Position numbers and translations under genes: made by a program | Source of the DNA: a virus | Virus record (IMG/VR): IMGVR_UViG_3300049893_001984 | Span: 96,001 to 160,000 of that record | DNA length: 64,000 bases | Direction: 5' to 3' (one strand) | Shown: positions 9,115-17,713 of the stretch, piece by piece | Position numbering within the stretch: the first letter of the stretch is position 1 | Layout: each line of letters opens with the position of its first letter | The notes under the pieces: generated by a model | What the model was told of the DNA's origin: nothing | The model's input: the letters and a program-made list of their open reading frames with translations, nothing else | Databases searched by the model: none

Positions 9115-11088
9115 TTATTTAATTGGGCACTGTCCAGAAGAACACTCTAGTGAGCTCTGGAGCTGGCTCATGCCGTCGTCCTTTAGAGAGTTTATTGGGC
9201 GAGTCTTTGCCACCATGCTCTCATACTGCTCCTTCGTTATCTCCTCGTAAGGAGCCTGAACAAACCCATGTCCAGAGTGCAGCAGGAAAGAAACGGTTTT
9301 TATTCCGTCGTCGTAATTCTTGGAAAGCCAATCCTTTATGGCATCCAGCTCTTCCAGCTTGTAGTAAACAGTAACAGAAACTGAATTGTCCGCCCAATAC
9401 GCCTGCATGTGTTTAGTCTTTTCCAACTGCTCAATCGCTGTCATGTCCTTGGCCAGGATTGCCTTGCTATTAGGTTTGCAGGGGAACGAGACAACCATGC
9501 TGTCGTAGTTGATAGTACCGTCCAGGTTCTGTTTAGGTTCAACGTGGAACCCGTGCTCACGACACACTTCGATCAGCGGATCATTAGTGGCCATCATGAT
9601 CCGCCTAATATAGTACTGTGCAAAGGCCGGATGGATTCCAGGAGTCACACCTGCCAAGAGGGACAGGGTACCAGATGGCTTGACCGTTGTCAGTTTGATG
9701 GACTTACTAACACCGATCAGCTTGGAGTAATTTTCATCTTCCAACTCAATGCGGCGGTAGACACGATCGAGAACTTCCTTGGTAGTAAGTTCAGGAGCCT
9801 CGAGAACACCAGTGACGCCAATTCCCAGACGGTGGTTACGACTAACAACCTCGTTTGTCTTCTCGTGAATAAACGGAAGACAGCTTATTGTCTTAACAGC
9901 CTTCAGCATCAGAGCCGCAACATCTTCAAATTCTTCAATGGAACGGATGTTGGGCAAGAACAGCTCAGCCAAATTGCAGCTCTCATACGGTTCCAACGGA
10001 ACTTCACCGCAAGGGTTTGTACCTATAACACGTGGGTCAGGCCGGTAGTTTGGGCCGTCAACCAGACGTCCGTACTTCCGACAGTTGTTAAGGTTGACAA
10101 GGCCATAAGGCTCGCCCTGGCCATTGTAGCCAGACCAGAACGTGTTTGTAAGGCGTTTGATAATGTTACAGATCACGCTGTTGTTGCTCATTGCGCGCCA
10201 TTTAGGGATGGATCCCTTATCCCAGCGCTTGGCGTCCAAGTACTGTTCGTCAGAGGCGTCGCCAAGCGCAATCTGCGCTGAACGGCGTACATTCCCCGCG
10301 ACAACAATGCTGCCAATAATGTTCATGATGTCCAGGCAGTCTATAGGCCGGAGCTTCTTACCAACCCGGCTACGCAGTACCGTGCAAATGCGGTCTATGC
10401 CTTCACACAGTTCCTCAGGACCAGATGCCGTGCCACCAAATCTCTTAATAGGCACACCTTTTCCACGCACGCAGGTCGTGGAATAAGTAAACCCTTTTCC
10501 AGTAAAGAAGAACGCCGTCAATGTGCGACGAAGAAGCTCAACCCAACCTTCCCGGTTATCCGGGATGATAAAGTTGACGTCCTTCTCATCCTTACGCACA
10601 ATTTTCACATTGTACTTAACCTTAGGCATTTCATACACGTACTCTGCCTGGAGGTTATAACCAAGGCCACCACCGAGCATCAGCTCATCAAACGTAAAGC
10701 AGAAAGGCTCAATGGGGTCATTAACAACACATGCCCAACAGTTCTGAAGACTGTCGCCACCAAGGGCGTCAACAGTCTCTGTCCCCAACTGCCACAGCGC
10801 CCTACCTGAAAACGAGCATCGAAGATTGAAGACGTGGTCGTACATCCGCTCCGCTTCATCCTTCGTAAGTTTACACCCTATGTGGATAATACCGTTAACA
10901 CACCGCTCAACGGTCTCGAACCACTCCTCTGTTGTGTCCTTGGAAACACGGCGAGCGTAAGTACGCTTGTACGTAATATAGCCCACAGGGCCCCAAGGCG
11001 GCATCTTTGTACGGTAGGACTCAACAAACGCAGGTTCGAGTTCGTCCACGTAAAGTCCGGTGTTCTTTGTTTCTGTTGTCTTCAGCAT
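9115..11088 (-). CDS. nrdJ: Class II (adenosylcobalamin-dependent) ribonucleotide reductase, monomeric RTPR-like
   Basis: RTYAR, GRALW, LQNC, GNVRRSA, GTNPCGE, CNLAE, TTVKPSGTLS, C-terminal CSSGQCPIK; start at MLKTT behind AGGAG. Confidence 0.95.
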   Translation of the reverse strand: MLKTTETKNTGLYVDELEPAFVESYRTKMPPWGPVGYITYKRTYARRVSKDTTEEWFETVERCVNGIIHIGCKLTKDEAERMYDHVFNLRCSFSGRALWQLGTETVDALGGDSLQNCWACVVNDPIEPFCFTFDELMLGGGLGYNLQAEYVYEMPKVKYNVKIVRKDEKDVNFIIPDNREGWVELLRRTLTAFFFTGKGFTYSTTCVRGKGVPIKRFGGTASGPEELCEGIDRICTVLRSRVGKKLRPIDCLDIMNIIGSIVVAGNVRRSAQIALGDASDEQYLDAKRWDKGSIPKWRAMSNNSVICNIIKRLTNTFWSGYNGQGEPYGLVNLNNCRKYGRLVDGPNYRPDPRVIGTNPCGEVPLEPYESCNLAELFLPNIRSIEEFEDVAALMLKAVKTISCLPFIHEKTNEVVSRNHRLGIGVTGVLEAPELTTKEVLDRVYRRIELEDENYSKLIGVSKSIKLTTVKPSGTLSLLAGVTPGIHPAFAQYYIRRIMMATNDPLIEVCREHGFHVEPKQNLDGTINYDSMVVSFPCKPNSKAILAKDMTAIEQLEKTKHMQAYWADNSVSVTVYYKLEELDAIKDWLSKNYDDGIKTVSFLLHSGHGFVQAPYEEITKEQYESMVAKTRPINSLKDDGMSQLQSSLECSSGQCPIK

Positions 11089-11283
11089 GACAGTTCTCCT
11101 GAACCCAATCAACTATTTCGATCGACATCTCACCAACTCCGATGGAGAGATTAACCGAATCGCAAACAAAAACAACTGCGAGTTGAAGGAATTCAGTTTC
11201 CTTTGTTTTAAAAATTAATCTTTGAATATTGAACCAATGATTACCGTCTTTATATTAGAGGTAACCCCTTGGAGGATAAGGAA

Positions 11284-11586
11284 ATGCTTAAGTATATTGC
11301 AGCCGCTATTCTATGCGTAACAGCACTTTCTGGTAAAGCCGAAGCCGCCGATGTTCATGTGGGCTTCGGATTTAATTTTTGGCCAAGACCGGTTTACGTC
11401 GTCGATCCTTGTCCTCCGGTCTACGTACCTGTATGCCGACCAGAGGTGACTTACGTCACTGTTTGCGTGGAACGTGAGTATATTTCTTACGAATGGGTCT
11501 GTGGACCCGGTGGCAGACACTACTATAGGTCTGTCTACCACCCCGCAAGATATGAAAGACGACCAGTCAGGGCTTATGGCAGATAG
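11284..11586 (+). CDS. Secreted Pro/Val/Tyr-rich small protein
   Basis: Sec signal (MLKYIAAAILCVTALSGKAEA), PVYV repeats; SD and AT-rich promoter-like region upstream. Confidence 0.7.
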   Translation: MLKYIAAAILCVTALSGKAEAADVHVGFGFNFWPRPVYVVDPCPPVYVPVCRPEVTYVTVCVEREYISYEWVCGPGGRHYYRSVYHPARYERRPVRAYGR

Positions 11587-12106
11587 ATAAGGGCTTATTG
11601 TTGTGGCCAAAATCAGTGGCCACAACCTTGCCTGCCCAGTCCATAGGAAAATCTACCCCAGGAACTGGTGCTTTTTGTTCTGTCTGCGTGCTGGTATTGT
11701 CCTTGGTTGTCTTACCTTGTCTAACAACAGTCTGGGGTGGGTAAGTGGGCTTAATCCCCGATGCGCCGCACCACTTCTCAAAATTAGCAAGCGCACGCTT
11801 CTTCTTACTTTTCTTGTAACTCAAAAACTTCTCCTCCAAACTGTCAAGATTCCCCAGAGGAAAAAGCAGGGGCGCCTCAGTAGCTGGCGCCTCTGTCTTC
11901 ATTGGTAATGAGTAGATTGTCGTCTCACCGCCAGACGGGCAGCTCGTTACCAAGCTGCCACTAGGCGACCTGACGATAATTCTTTCGGAATTGAGGCTCG
12001 GAACAATCTCTATTTTAGGGCTTTCCTTGCCTATGAAGACTATCTTGTCCCCAGGTTTTAGCAGCATCCGGCCGCCATTCGGGGTTTCAACCGCAACGTA
12101 AAACAT
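11567..12106 (-). CDS. Hypothetical protein
   Basis: 179-aa ORF with SD AGGAGG. Confidence 0.55.
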   Translation of the reverse strand: MFYVAVETPNGGRMLLKPGDKIVFIGKESPKIEIVPSLNSERIIVRSPSGSLVTSCPSGGETTIYSLPMKTEAPATEAPLLFPLGNLDSLEEKFLSYKKSKKKRALANFEKWCGASGIKPTYPPQTVVRQGKTTKDNTSTQTEQKAPVPGVDFPMDWAGKVVATDFGHNNKPLSICHKP

Positions 12107-12194
12107 TTATCCTCCTGTAATGAGTTAAAGTCCCATTTGCTCCCGCTGTCTCTTAAGTTGACAGACAAAGCATAAAGAGGAATTGTTATAAGCA

Positions 12195-12602
12195 CTAAGT
12201 ATCGAGATACAGTCCTTGCAGCTCCGCCCTTGCTTTGTACCTGATTTTATATTTTCGGTTTTGGGTTTTCGGCGAGCTGTCAGGGGTTTCTTCGTTGACA
12301 TGATTGGGCGACTCTGTGCTTTGAGAAGATAGAAGGCATGGATAAGACGTTCGGCATTCAACTCCACAAAACAAAGCCATACGAGCAGCGGACATGTCAG
12401 AAGAAATAGTGTTGCATACGTCGCATGACTTAACCGCAAGTTTACCGTTACAGTCAAGCCATTCCTCGCGGCCGTAGTTGGACACTCTGAAAACAGCCCA
12501 ACCACGCCCAGCACATATGTTACAGTTAGGGTCTCCTGACGGGTCAGGTCTCCCTATGTTTCTCATGTCGTACTGCTTTTCAACTTTGTAATGAGGTGCC
12601 AT
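12195..12602 (-). CDS. Zinc-binding hypothetical protein
   Basis: CNICAGRG (DnaJ-like CxxCxGxG) and CDVC; SD GGAGG. Confidence 0.55.
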   Translation of the reverse strand: MAPHYKVEKQYDMRNIGRPDPSGDPNCNICAGRGWAVFRVSNYGREEWLDCNGKLAVKSCDVCNTISSDMSAARMALFCGVECRTSYPCLLSSQSTESPNHVNEETPDSSPKTQNRKYKIRYKARAELQGLYLDT

Positions 12603-12658
12603 GTTACCTCCCTTGAACTAAAATTAACATCAAGGGAAATTTTTGTAAAATGCAGAAC

Positions 12659-13333
12659 CTAAGCAGCCACCTTTAGGTCATTCTGGTGCTCAATGGCCAC
12701 TTTTACAATTTCCTCTTCCATCACCTTTAGCATCAACAACTGTGCGGCAAACACATCAAAGTTTGGCATGAAACCACCATTTACAAACTTAGGTGGGTGG
12801 GCGCACAGCCGTCTTACTGCCACAAGTTGCGGTACCCCTTCAGTAGATAACCTCTCCGCCATCTGGTAGACGTTGGCTATCGCTGTCGTGCATTTAATCC
12901 GGTAAATCTTTCCGGATGGGGCCCTAACTGTTACAAACTTAGTTCTTTCGAACTCCTCTCTCTGGTCTCGGGTTAACAAACCTAAGAACAGTTCTTTTGC
13001 TTTTTTATCTGCTGCTTCCGCAGATATCTTCTCTATGGCAGCTATCTTAGGGTCTACTACGACTGGTTTGTCCCACGCTGAAGACGTACAGGAGGTTGTT
13101 GCATAAACCGAGTGCCAGTACAAACCGTCCCTGCATTTAAGTTTAACCAATGTGGCGTCCGGGTAGTATAGCGTAGACGTACCTACTGTGCTGATTGAAT
13201 ACGTATCGCTATAATATGTTTCATACGTGTTAAACAGAGGCGTAGTGGCAGTGGTCGGTGCTACTTTTTCCTCTGGGGCAATTAACGTCGCTGAGTCTGT
13301 CAAGAGGGTTCGACCTGCAACCGCTAACTCCAT
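12659..13333 (-). CDS. Conserved hypothetical protein with LCAHP motif
   Basis: A.ELFLGLLT..Q...F, YRI, NV, LCAHP, D..AAQLLML pattern; coupled to the upstream GG-ending gene. Confidence 0.7.
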   Translation of the reverse strand: MELAVAGRTLLTDSATLIAPEEKVAPTTATTPLFNTYETYYSDTYSISTVGTSTLYYPDATLVKLKCRDGLYWHSVYATTSCTSSAWDKPVVVDPKIAAIEKISAEAADKKAKELFLGLLTRDQREEFERTKFVTVRAPSGKIYRIKCTTAIANVYQMAERLSTEGVPQLVAVRRLCAHPPKFVNGGFMPNFDVFAAQLLMLKVMEEEIVKVAIEHQNDLKVAA

Positions 13334-13334
13334 G

Positions 13335-13691
13335 CTATCCTCCTACTGGTGGTTTTGTGAAGATCAGAGTCTCAGCTCCTGGATCAAATGAATCGACACG
13401 CTCGCCTTGTTCCCCGTTCCTACCCACAGAAAATGCGATGTGGCCTTCGGCTAAAAGCTTGTTGAACAGGCTCCTTGCCTTTTCCACCGCTATCTCATCT
13501 CCGGAATCCCACACGTGGCGTGTGTCACCTGTGCGGTCCAACACCCTGAAAAGCCTTGACGTTGGTTTAGATAAAGCCTCGGCGAGAGCCTTTTCGGCCT
13601 CCGCCTCTTCTTCTACATTACCAGCTTCGTAATAAAACACTTTGTTAGTAACTAGATCCCGGTACATTGCCGGCTTGACACCTTCTTCCAT
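13335..13691 (-). CDS. Small protein with C-terminal PPVGG
   Basis: VLDRTGDT..W, FDP.AE, ends TKPPVGG; SD AGGAG. Confidence 0.7.
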   Translation of the reverse strand: MEEGVKPAMYRDLVTNKVFYYEAGNVEEEAEAEKALAEALSKPTSRLFRVLDRTGDTRHVWDSGDEIAVEKARSLFNKLLAEGHIAFSVGRNGEQGERVDSFDPGAETLIFTKPPVGG

Positions 13692-14079
13692 CGTCCTCTC
13701 CTTTGCTTAAGTCCTTAAGAAAAATCTTTCTAAGCTTTTTAGCAACTTCAACCGCTTTACTGCACTGCTCCAGGTCAAACATACCTATATGACACATAGA
13801 TACGTCAACACCTAACTCAGAAGCTAGCTTATGGTAAGCCTCCGAACGGGTCAGGGCGCCTGACTTCCATAACGGATCAAATTCATTGTGAGCTTCAATC
13901 CTAGCCTTACGCACGTCAGCGTCGGCAGGAGTTCCTCTCGGATTCTTTGTTACCTGATTAGCCGCCTGTGTGAATGTGCAGTTCGGCCAGTTTGGGCAAC
14001 CAAAGAAATAACCGTACCTTCTTCTCTTCTGGAGTAGAAACGGCACGGCGCATCGTGGGCAACAAGGTGTTCTGCTCAC
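13645..14079 (-). CDS. DUF3268-like zinc-finger protein
   Basis: CPRC...GCPNWPNC, GTPAD, R..AH..FDPLW, AY..LA..LG, CHIGMFD. Confidence 0.8.
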   Translation of the reverse strand: MSRTPCCPRCAVPFLLQKRRRYGYFFGCPNWPNCTFTQAANQVTKNPRGTPADADVRKARIEAHNEFDPLWKSGALTRSEAYHKLASELGVDVSMCHIGMFDLEQCSKAVEVAKKLRKIFLKDLSKGEDDGRRCQAGNVPGSSY

Positions 14080-14096
14080 GAGTATTCCTATAGATG

Positions 14097-14579
14097 TTAC
14101 GGGTATTCATGCGAAGCGCGATTCGCCTCTGCTACTGAGATGTTTTCAGCCACAAACGTGGCTCTTCTTAATTCGTGTTTACCAACGACCCAGGTTTCGG
14201 CTGGTTTGACCACCAGGCTTATGTCTTTGTCCAAGGTTGCTCCGGTGAACCCAAACATCGGGGCAAGTGTGTATACCAAGAAGGGATGTGGGTATCCGCC
14301 CGTCTTGTTTATACACAGTAGATACCTGACCAGGTCGTAGTTTACCTTTGAAACTGTCTTGTTGATCCAAACAAAGGTAAATCTGTAATCCTTCAGCTCG
14401 AGCACGTGGTCTGCCTCTATGCCTCCAGGTGCCCATTTCGCATGTTCAGGGTTCCACCAGCTGCCTGGCAGCTTAGAGCGAGACTTTATCATGTTAATGC
14501 GCCGGATATGATCATCCGTGAACCCGAGTCTTGGTACTGTTTCAAGTGCTCTGACTTCTTCCAGAGTTGCTTCTTCCAA
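14097..14579 (-). CDS. Hypothetical protein
   Basis: 160-aa ORF, SD GGAGG. Confidence 0.6.
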   Translation of the reverse strand: MEEATLEEVRALETVPRLGFTDDHIRRINMIKSRSKLPGSWWNPEHAKWAPGGIEADHVLELKDYRFTFVWINKTVSKVNYDLVRYLLCINKTGGYPHPFLVYTLAPMFGFTGATLDKDISLVVKPAETWVVGKHELRRATFVAENISVAEANRASHEYP

Positions 14580-14603
14580 AAGGCACCTCCTTTACCAAGG
14601 GTT

Positions 14604-14633
14604 AAAAAAAAGCCCCCACCATTAGGTGGGGGC
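14604..14633 (-). terminator. Rho-independent terminator
   Basis: GCCCCCACC-ATTA-GGTGGGGGC followed by 8 T on minus strand. Confidence 0.85.
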
Positions 14634-14641
14634 CAAGTCCT

Positions 14642-15271
14642 CTACTGTGAGTACTGACTCACAGCTATTGCGTCGTTAAAACTACCAGTGGCCTTAGCTG
14701 AACACAGAACAGTTCCGACGTCGGCAAGTGCTTTCTTGATTCCGCAGTCGGTCTGAACGTAATTCATTGCATTCCGGGCTCTAAATCCGTACTGGAGTGC
14801 TTGTTTAACGCTTTCAAGGTCAGCTCCCAGGAATATGAACCCCCAGGAGTACACACTTGTCTGGTGTTCGATCCTCCGTTTGATCTCCTCTTTTGTAAAC
14901 CTCTTAGAGGAGTTCTCCTGTCCGTCTGTCATTACTACAAATACCACCTTATTGGGACGCTCAGACTCAGGGATAGACGAGAAGTATGTACCTCGCATAT
15001 CCATGACATCACCAATAGCATCAAGCAGTGACGTTGATCCGCCGTCAGGGATGTAGAGTTCAGGAGTTATCAACCCCACCTCCTGTGCTGGGCGGTTGAC
15101 AAACACAGGCTCAACGTTAGTGGAAAACAGATACAGGTTCATTACTGTGGGGTAAGGATCCTGTTTTTGCTTCATAATGAACGCATTTACACTTTCTATG
15201 GTGCTATTAGCTGTGGCAGCCATAGAAGCCGACTTGTCCAGCACAATGGTGATGTCCATCTGGTCTTTCAT
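14642..15271 (-). CDS. von Willebrand factor A domain protein
   Basis: MIDAS motif LDKSAS, GSTSLLDAIG, MTDGQENSS, FIFLGA. Confidence 0.9.
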   Translation of the reverse strand: MKDQMDITIVLDKSASMAATANSTIESVNAFIMKQKQDPYPTVMNLYLFSTNVEPVFVNRPAQEVGLITPELYIPDGGSTSLLDAIGDVMDMRGTYFSSIPESERPNKVVFVVMTDGQENSSKRFTKEEIKRRIEHQTSVYSWGFIFLGADLESVKQALQYGFRARNAMNYVQTDCGIKKALADVGTVLCSAKATGSFNDAIAVSQYSQ

Positions 15272-15888
15272 TTTTGATCAGCCCTAGTGTATTTTGAAAG
15301 GAAAGATTTTACGGGCAAAGACTTTGCCCTTACTCTCTCTCCCTCGTCTGTTATCGGTTTGAAGACGACAGAGTACTCCCCTGTTAACACAGTAACAGCT
15401 AGTACATTGACTTTGTTTCGGGGAGCTCTGTTTTCTCGCCATACCTCGCAGGCAGATACGCGTGTATGTTCTTCTTGTTCTTCCTTGTCTGCTTCTTTCT
15501 TATTTGTAAAAAGATCGAGCTTGCGTGGAATCGGGTCAATGTTGTCCCAAACATACTCAACTAAGTCTTTATTGTTAAAGCAGAGTGAGACACTTAATAC
15601 CCTGATCATCGATCTTCCAAACTGTAATGCACTGTGGTCAACAATTAGGCGTGCAATCCCCATTGCGACCTCCATGTCTTCTGAAAAGATATAGCCAGGG
15701 TCAACGTCAAGACTTGAAAGTAGTCTGTCGATGGTTTTCTTATCCAAGTGAAATGCGTACGGTGCGTCTGCGGCATATGTCACTTTGATAACCCTGCTGG
15801 CGTTAATCTTCTCGATCTTTTCTTTGGATCCGTCATTCGCAGCCTTGGCGACAGTAACGGTTCCTGCGTAACTCGTGACAAGTTTCAA
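15268..15888 (-). CDS. Hypothetical protein
   Basis: TTG start behind AAAGGAGG; ATGA overlap with VWA gene. Confidence 0.65.
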   Translation of the reverse strand: MKLVTSYAGTVTVAKAANDGSKEKIEKINASRVIKVTYAADAPYAFHLDKKTIDRLLSSLDVDPGYIFSEDMEVAMGIARLIVDHSALQFGRSMIRVLSVSLCFNNKDLVEYVWDNIDPIPRKLDLFTNKKEADKEEQEEHTRVSACEVWRENRAPRNKVNVLAVTVLTGEYSVVFKPITDEGERVRAKSLPVKSFLSKYTRADQK

Positions 15889-15914
15889 CTATACCTCCTT
15901 TCTAAGTATGTTTA

Positions 15915-16085
15915 GTGGTGTCCCGTGGATTAACATGGCCGACACCAGGTAGCCTTTCCCACGCCCACGCCCTCATCGGTCGTGGGCTTGTACGGCTCTC
16001 ACGGTTTGCCGCCTGATCTAAGGGGGTCCGTATTCAGTTTTACGCTGAGTAGGGTATCAGCCAATGAAACGGTAGATCAGAATTT
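15915..16085 (-). ncRNA. Candidate structured RNA / leader
   Basis: Intergenic; nested stems CTGATCTA/TAGATCAG, GCCCACG/CGTGGGC, GGTGTC/GACACC. Confidence 0.3.
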
Positions 16086-16094
16086 TAAGCTGGG

Positions 16095-17582
16095 TTAGCT
16101 CCGGACTTCTTCGCCAGAGTAAGTCAAGGTTTCGCTCTTGTTGACAATTTCACCCTCGACGATGGGTCGGGGGCTTTCATTTGCTGACTTAAGGGCAGAC
16201 GATGCTTCGATGATGCCCTGTCCGACCATGTCGCCAATAGTGCGGCCGATCTGGTTTGCCACCATCGACCACACTATTTCGGGCGATTTTCTCAGGTTTG
16301 ATGGAGCCTGCCCGATCACTCCCTTGGCAGCGATCATAAGATCGTTCTCGTTCAAAGAGAGCTTGTCGCTCTCGTGCTTCATACGACGTATGGCCGAAAG
16401 CTTCGCACGCTCCACAACTTCGCGGATACGCGCTGGGATTGACTGTGCGCTGGTCAACAGCTTGGCCACGTTATCCAGCTGCACAGCGTTGTCGATCAGT
16501 CCACGCCCGTACTTTACCAGCAGGCGCTTTGTGGTTGCTTCGTTTGGAACGTCGAAATGGATGATGGCATCCATACGACCTTCACGAAGCATGGCCGGGT
16601 TGATGTTCTCAACGTGGTTCGTGGTCAGGATGGTCATAAGTTCGACCCCCTTGAGCTCGATACCGTCGATCGTGTTGAGTACGTCGTTCACGTCTCCGTC
16701 TCTGGTCGTACCCACGTACTGGTCGACGTCTTCGGCGAAGACAATCGAAGGGGCGTACTGCTTGGCGAACAGCAGTGCCTCAGCAAGGCCTGTCACCTTG
16801 CTCAAATAAATAAACGTCCACCCGTTTTCGGTGCCCACCTTGGCAACCACGGATCCAAGCAGCGTCTTGCCGGTTCCATACCGGCCAGAAGCAAGGACGC
16901 CTCTTTTCAGAGGAATCCCCAACTTCCGACACATATTGCTGCTGCGCAGGGGGGTCAGCACAGCCGAGTCAACAAGGTCCATCGTGTCCTTGTTCAGCAT
17001 GAGGTCCTCGGCCCGGATCTTCGTGGCGTCCACGAAGGAGGGGACTTCTTTCGTCGGATCAAATGAGTCTGGATCTGCCCCGTCGAAGTCCACCTTGATA
17101 GCCTTACCTTTGTAAAGAGACTCCTCCAAAAGGATCTTTCGGATGAGTGTGGAGATTTTCAGGACTTCGTCCTGGAACTTGCGCTGAACTTGGCCGCACA
17201 GTGAGAACACCCACCGGCCCTTGTCGAACACGGCCCCAGCGGAAAGCCAGCCGCCTTCGAACTTGGCCACCTCAAGCCGCCCCCACGGAACGGAGATAAC
17301 CTTGCCCAGGTGGTCCACTGGCACCTGGAGCATGTGCGGTGGGCGATTTCCGAAGAACGAGGGGGTAGGCACCATGTCCACCCAGCGGTAGATGGTGGAC
17401 AAGGCCTTATGGAGAGCGTATGCACCCTCAATGGGGAAGCACTCCATTTTCTCGTTTATGTCGATGATTCTGGCCTGATCCTCATCGTGCCGCTTGATAG
17501 CGCGTATAGCATCAGCCGAAGACATCCCTTCGGGAAGTATGATTTGATCCCCCTGACGCTTGACCTGGTGTTCGTCGGACAT
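16095..17582 (-). CDS. Classic-clade AAA+ ATPase (single AAA module)
   Basis: KRGVL, Walker A GRYGTGKT, Walker B IVFAEDVD, SRH TTNHVENINPAMLREGRMD. Confidence 0.9.
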   Translation of the reverse strand: MSDEHQVKRQGDQIILPEGMSSADAIRAIKRHDEDQARIIDINEKMECFPIEGAYALHKALSTIYRWVDMVPTPSFFGNRPPHMLQVPVDHLGKVISVPWGRLEVAKFEGGWLSAGAVFDKGRWVFSLCGQVQRKFQDEVLKISTLIRKILLEESLYKGKAIKVDFDGADPDSFDPTKEVPSFVDATKIRAEDLMLNKDTMDLVDSAVLTPLRSSNMCRKLGIPLKRGVLASGRYGTGKTLLGSVVAKVGTENGWTFIYLSKVTGLAEALLFAKQYAPSIVFAEDVDQYVGTTRDGDVNDVLNTIDGIELKGVELMTILTTNHVENINPAMLREGRMDAIIHFDVPNEATTKRLLVKYGRGLIDNAVQLDNVAKLLTSAQSIPARIREVVERAKLSAIRRMKHESDKLSLNENDLMIAAKGVIGQAPSNLRKSPEIVWSMVANQIGRTIGDMVGQGIIEASSALKSANESPRPIVEGEIVNKSETLTYSGEEVRS

Positions 17583-17664
17583 TCTTTTTCTCCTTTTCAG
17601 TTATCCACACTTTTCACGCTGTTACACACTATTCGCAGGTTGCCACTACCTCCTTTCAGGCAAC

Positions 17665-17692
17665 AAAAAACCCCGCCACAAGGCGGGGTTTT
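17665..17692 (-). terminator. Rho-independent terminator
   Basis: AAAACCCCGCC-ACAA-GGCGGGGTTTT with A/T runs on both sides. Confidence 0.85.
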
Positions 17693-17713
17693 AACAAGAT
17701 TGGTACTGACTAA

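Noticed and set aside
9409-10281. 290-aa plus-strand ORF (and similar ones at 16138..16809, 16557..17066, 19334..19690)
   Set aside because: Antisense shadows of strongly motif-supported minus-strand genes; no SD or recognisable motifs
15960-16015. Resemblance to c-di-GMP-I riboswitch (GGCAAACC)
   Set aside because: GAAA tetraloop/receptor and downstream GCAAAGC consensus not found
17601-17609. Perfect DnaA box TTATCCACA upstream of the AAA gene
   Set aside because: Single box; other copies (about 23313, 31668) are just V-D-N codons; about one chance match is expected in 64 kb
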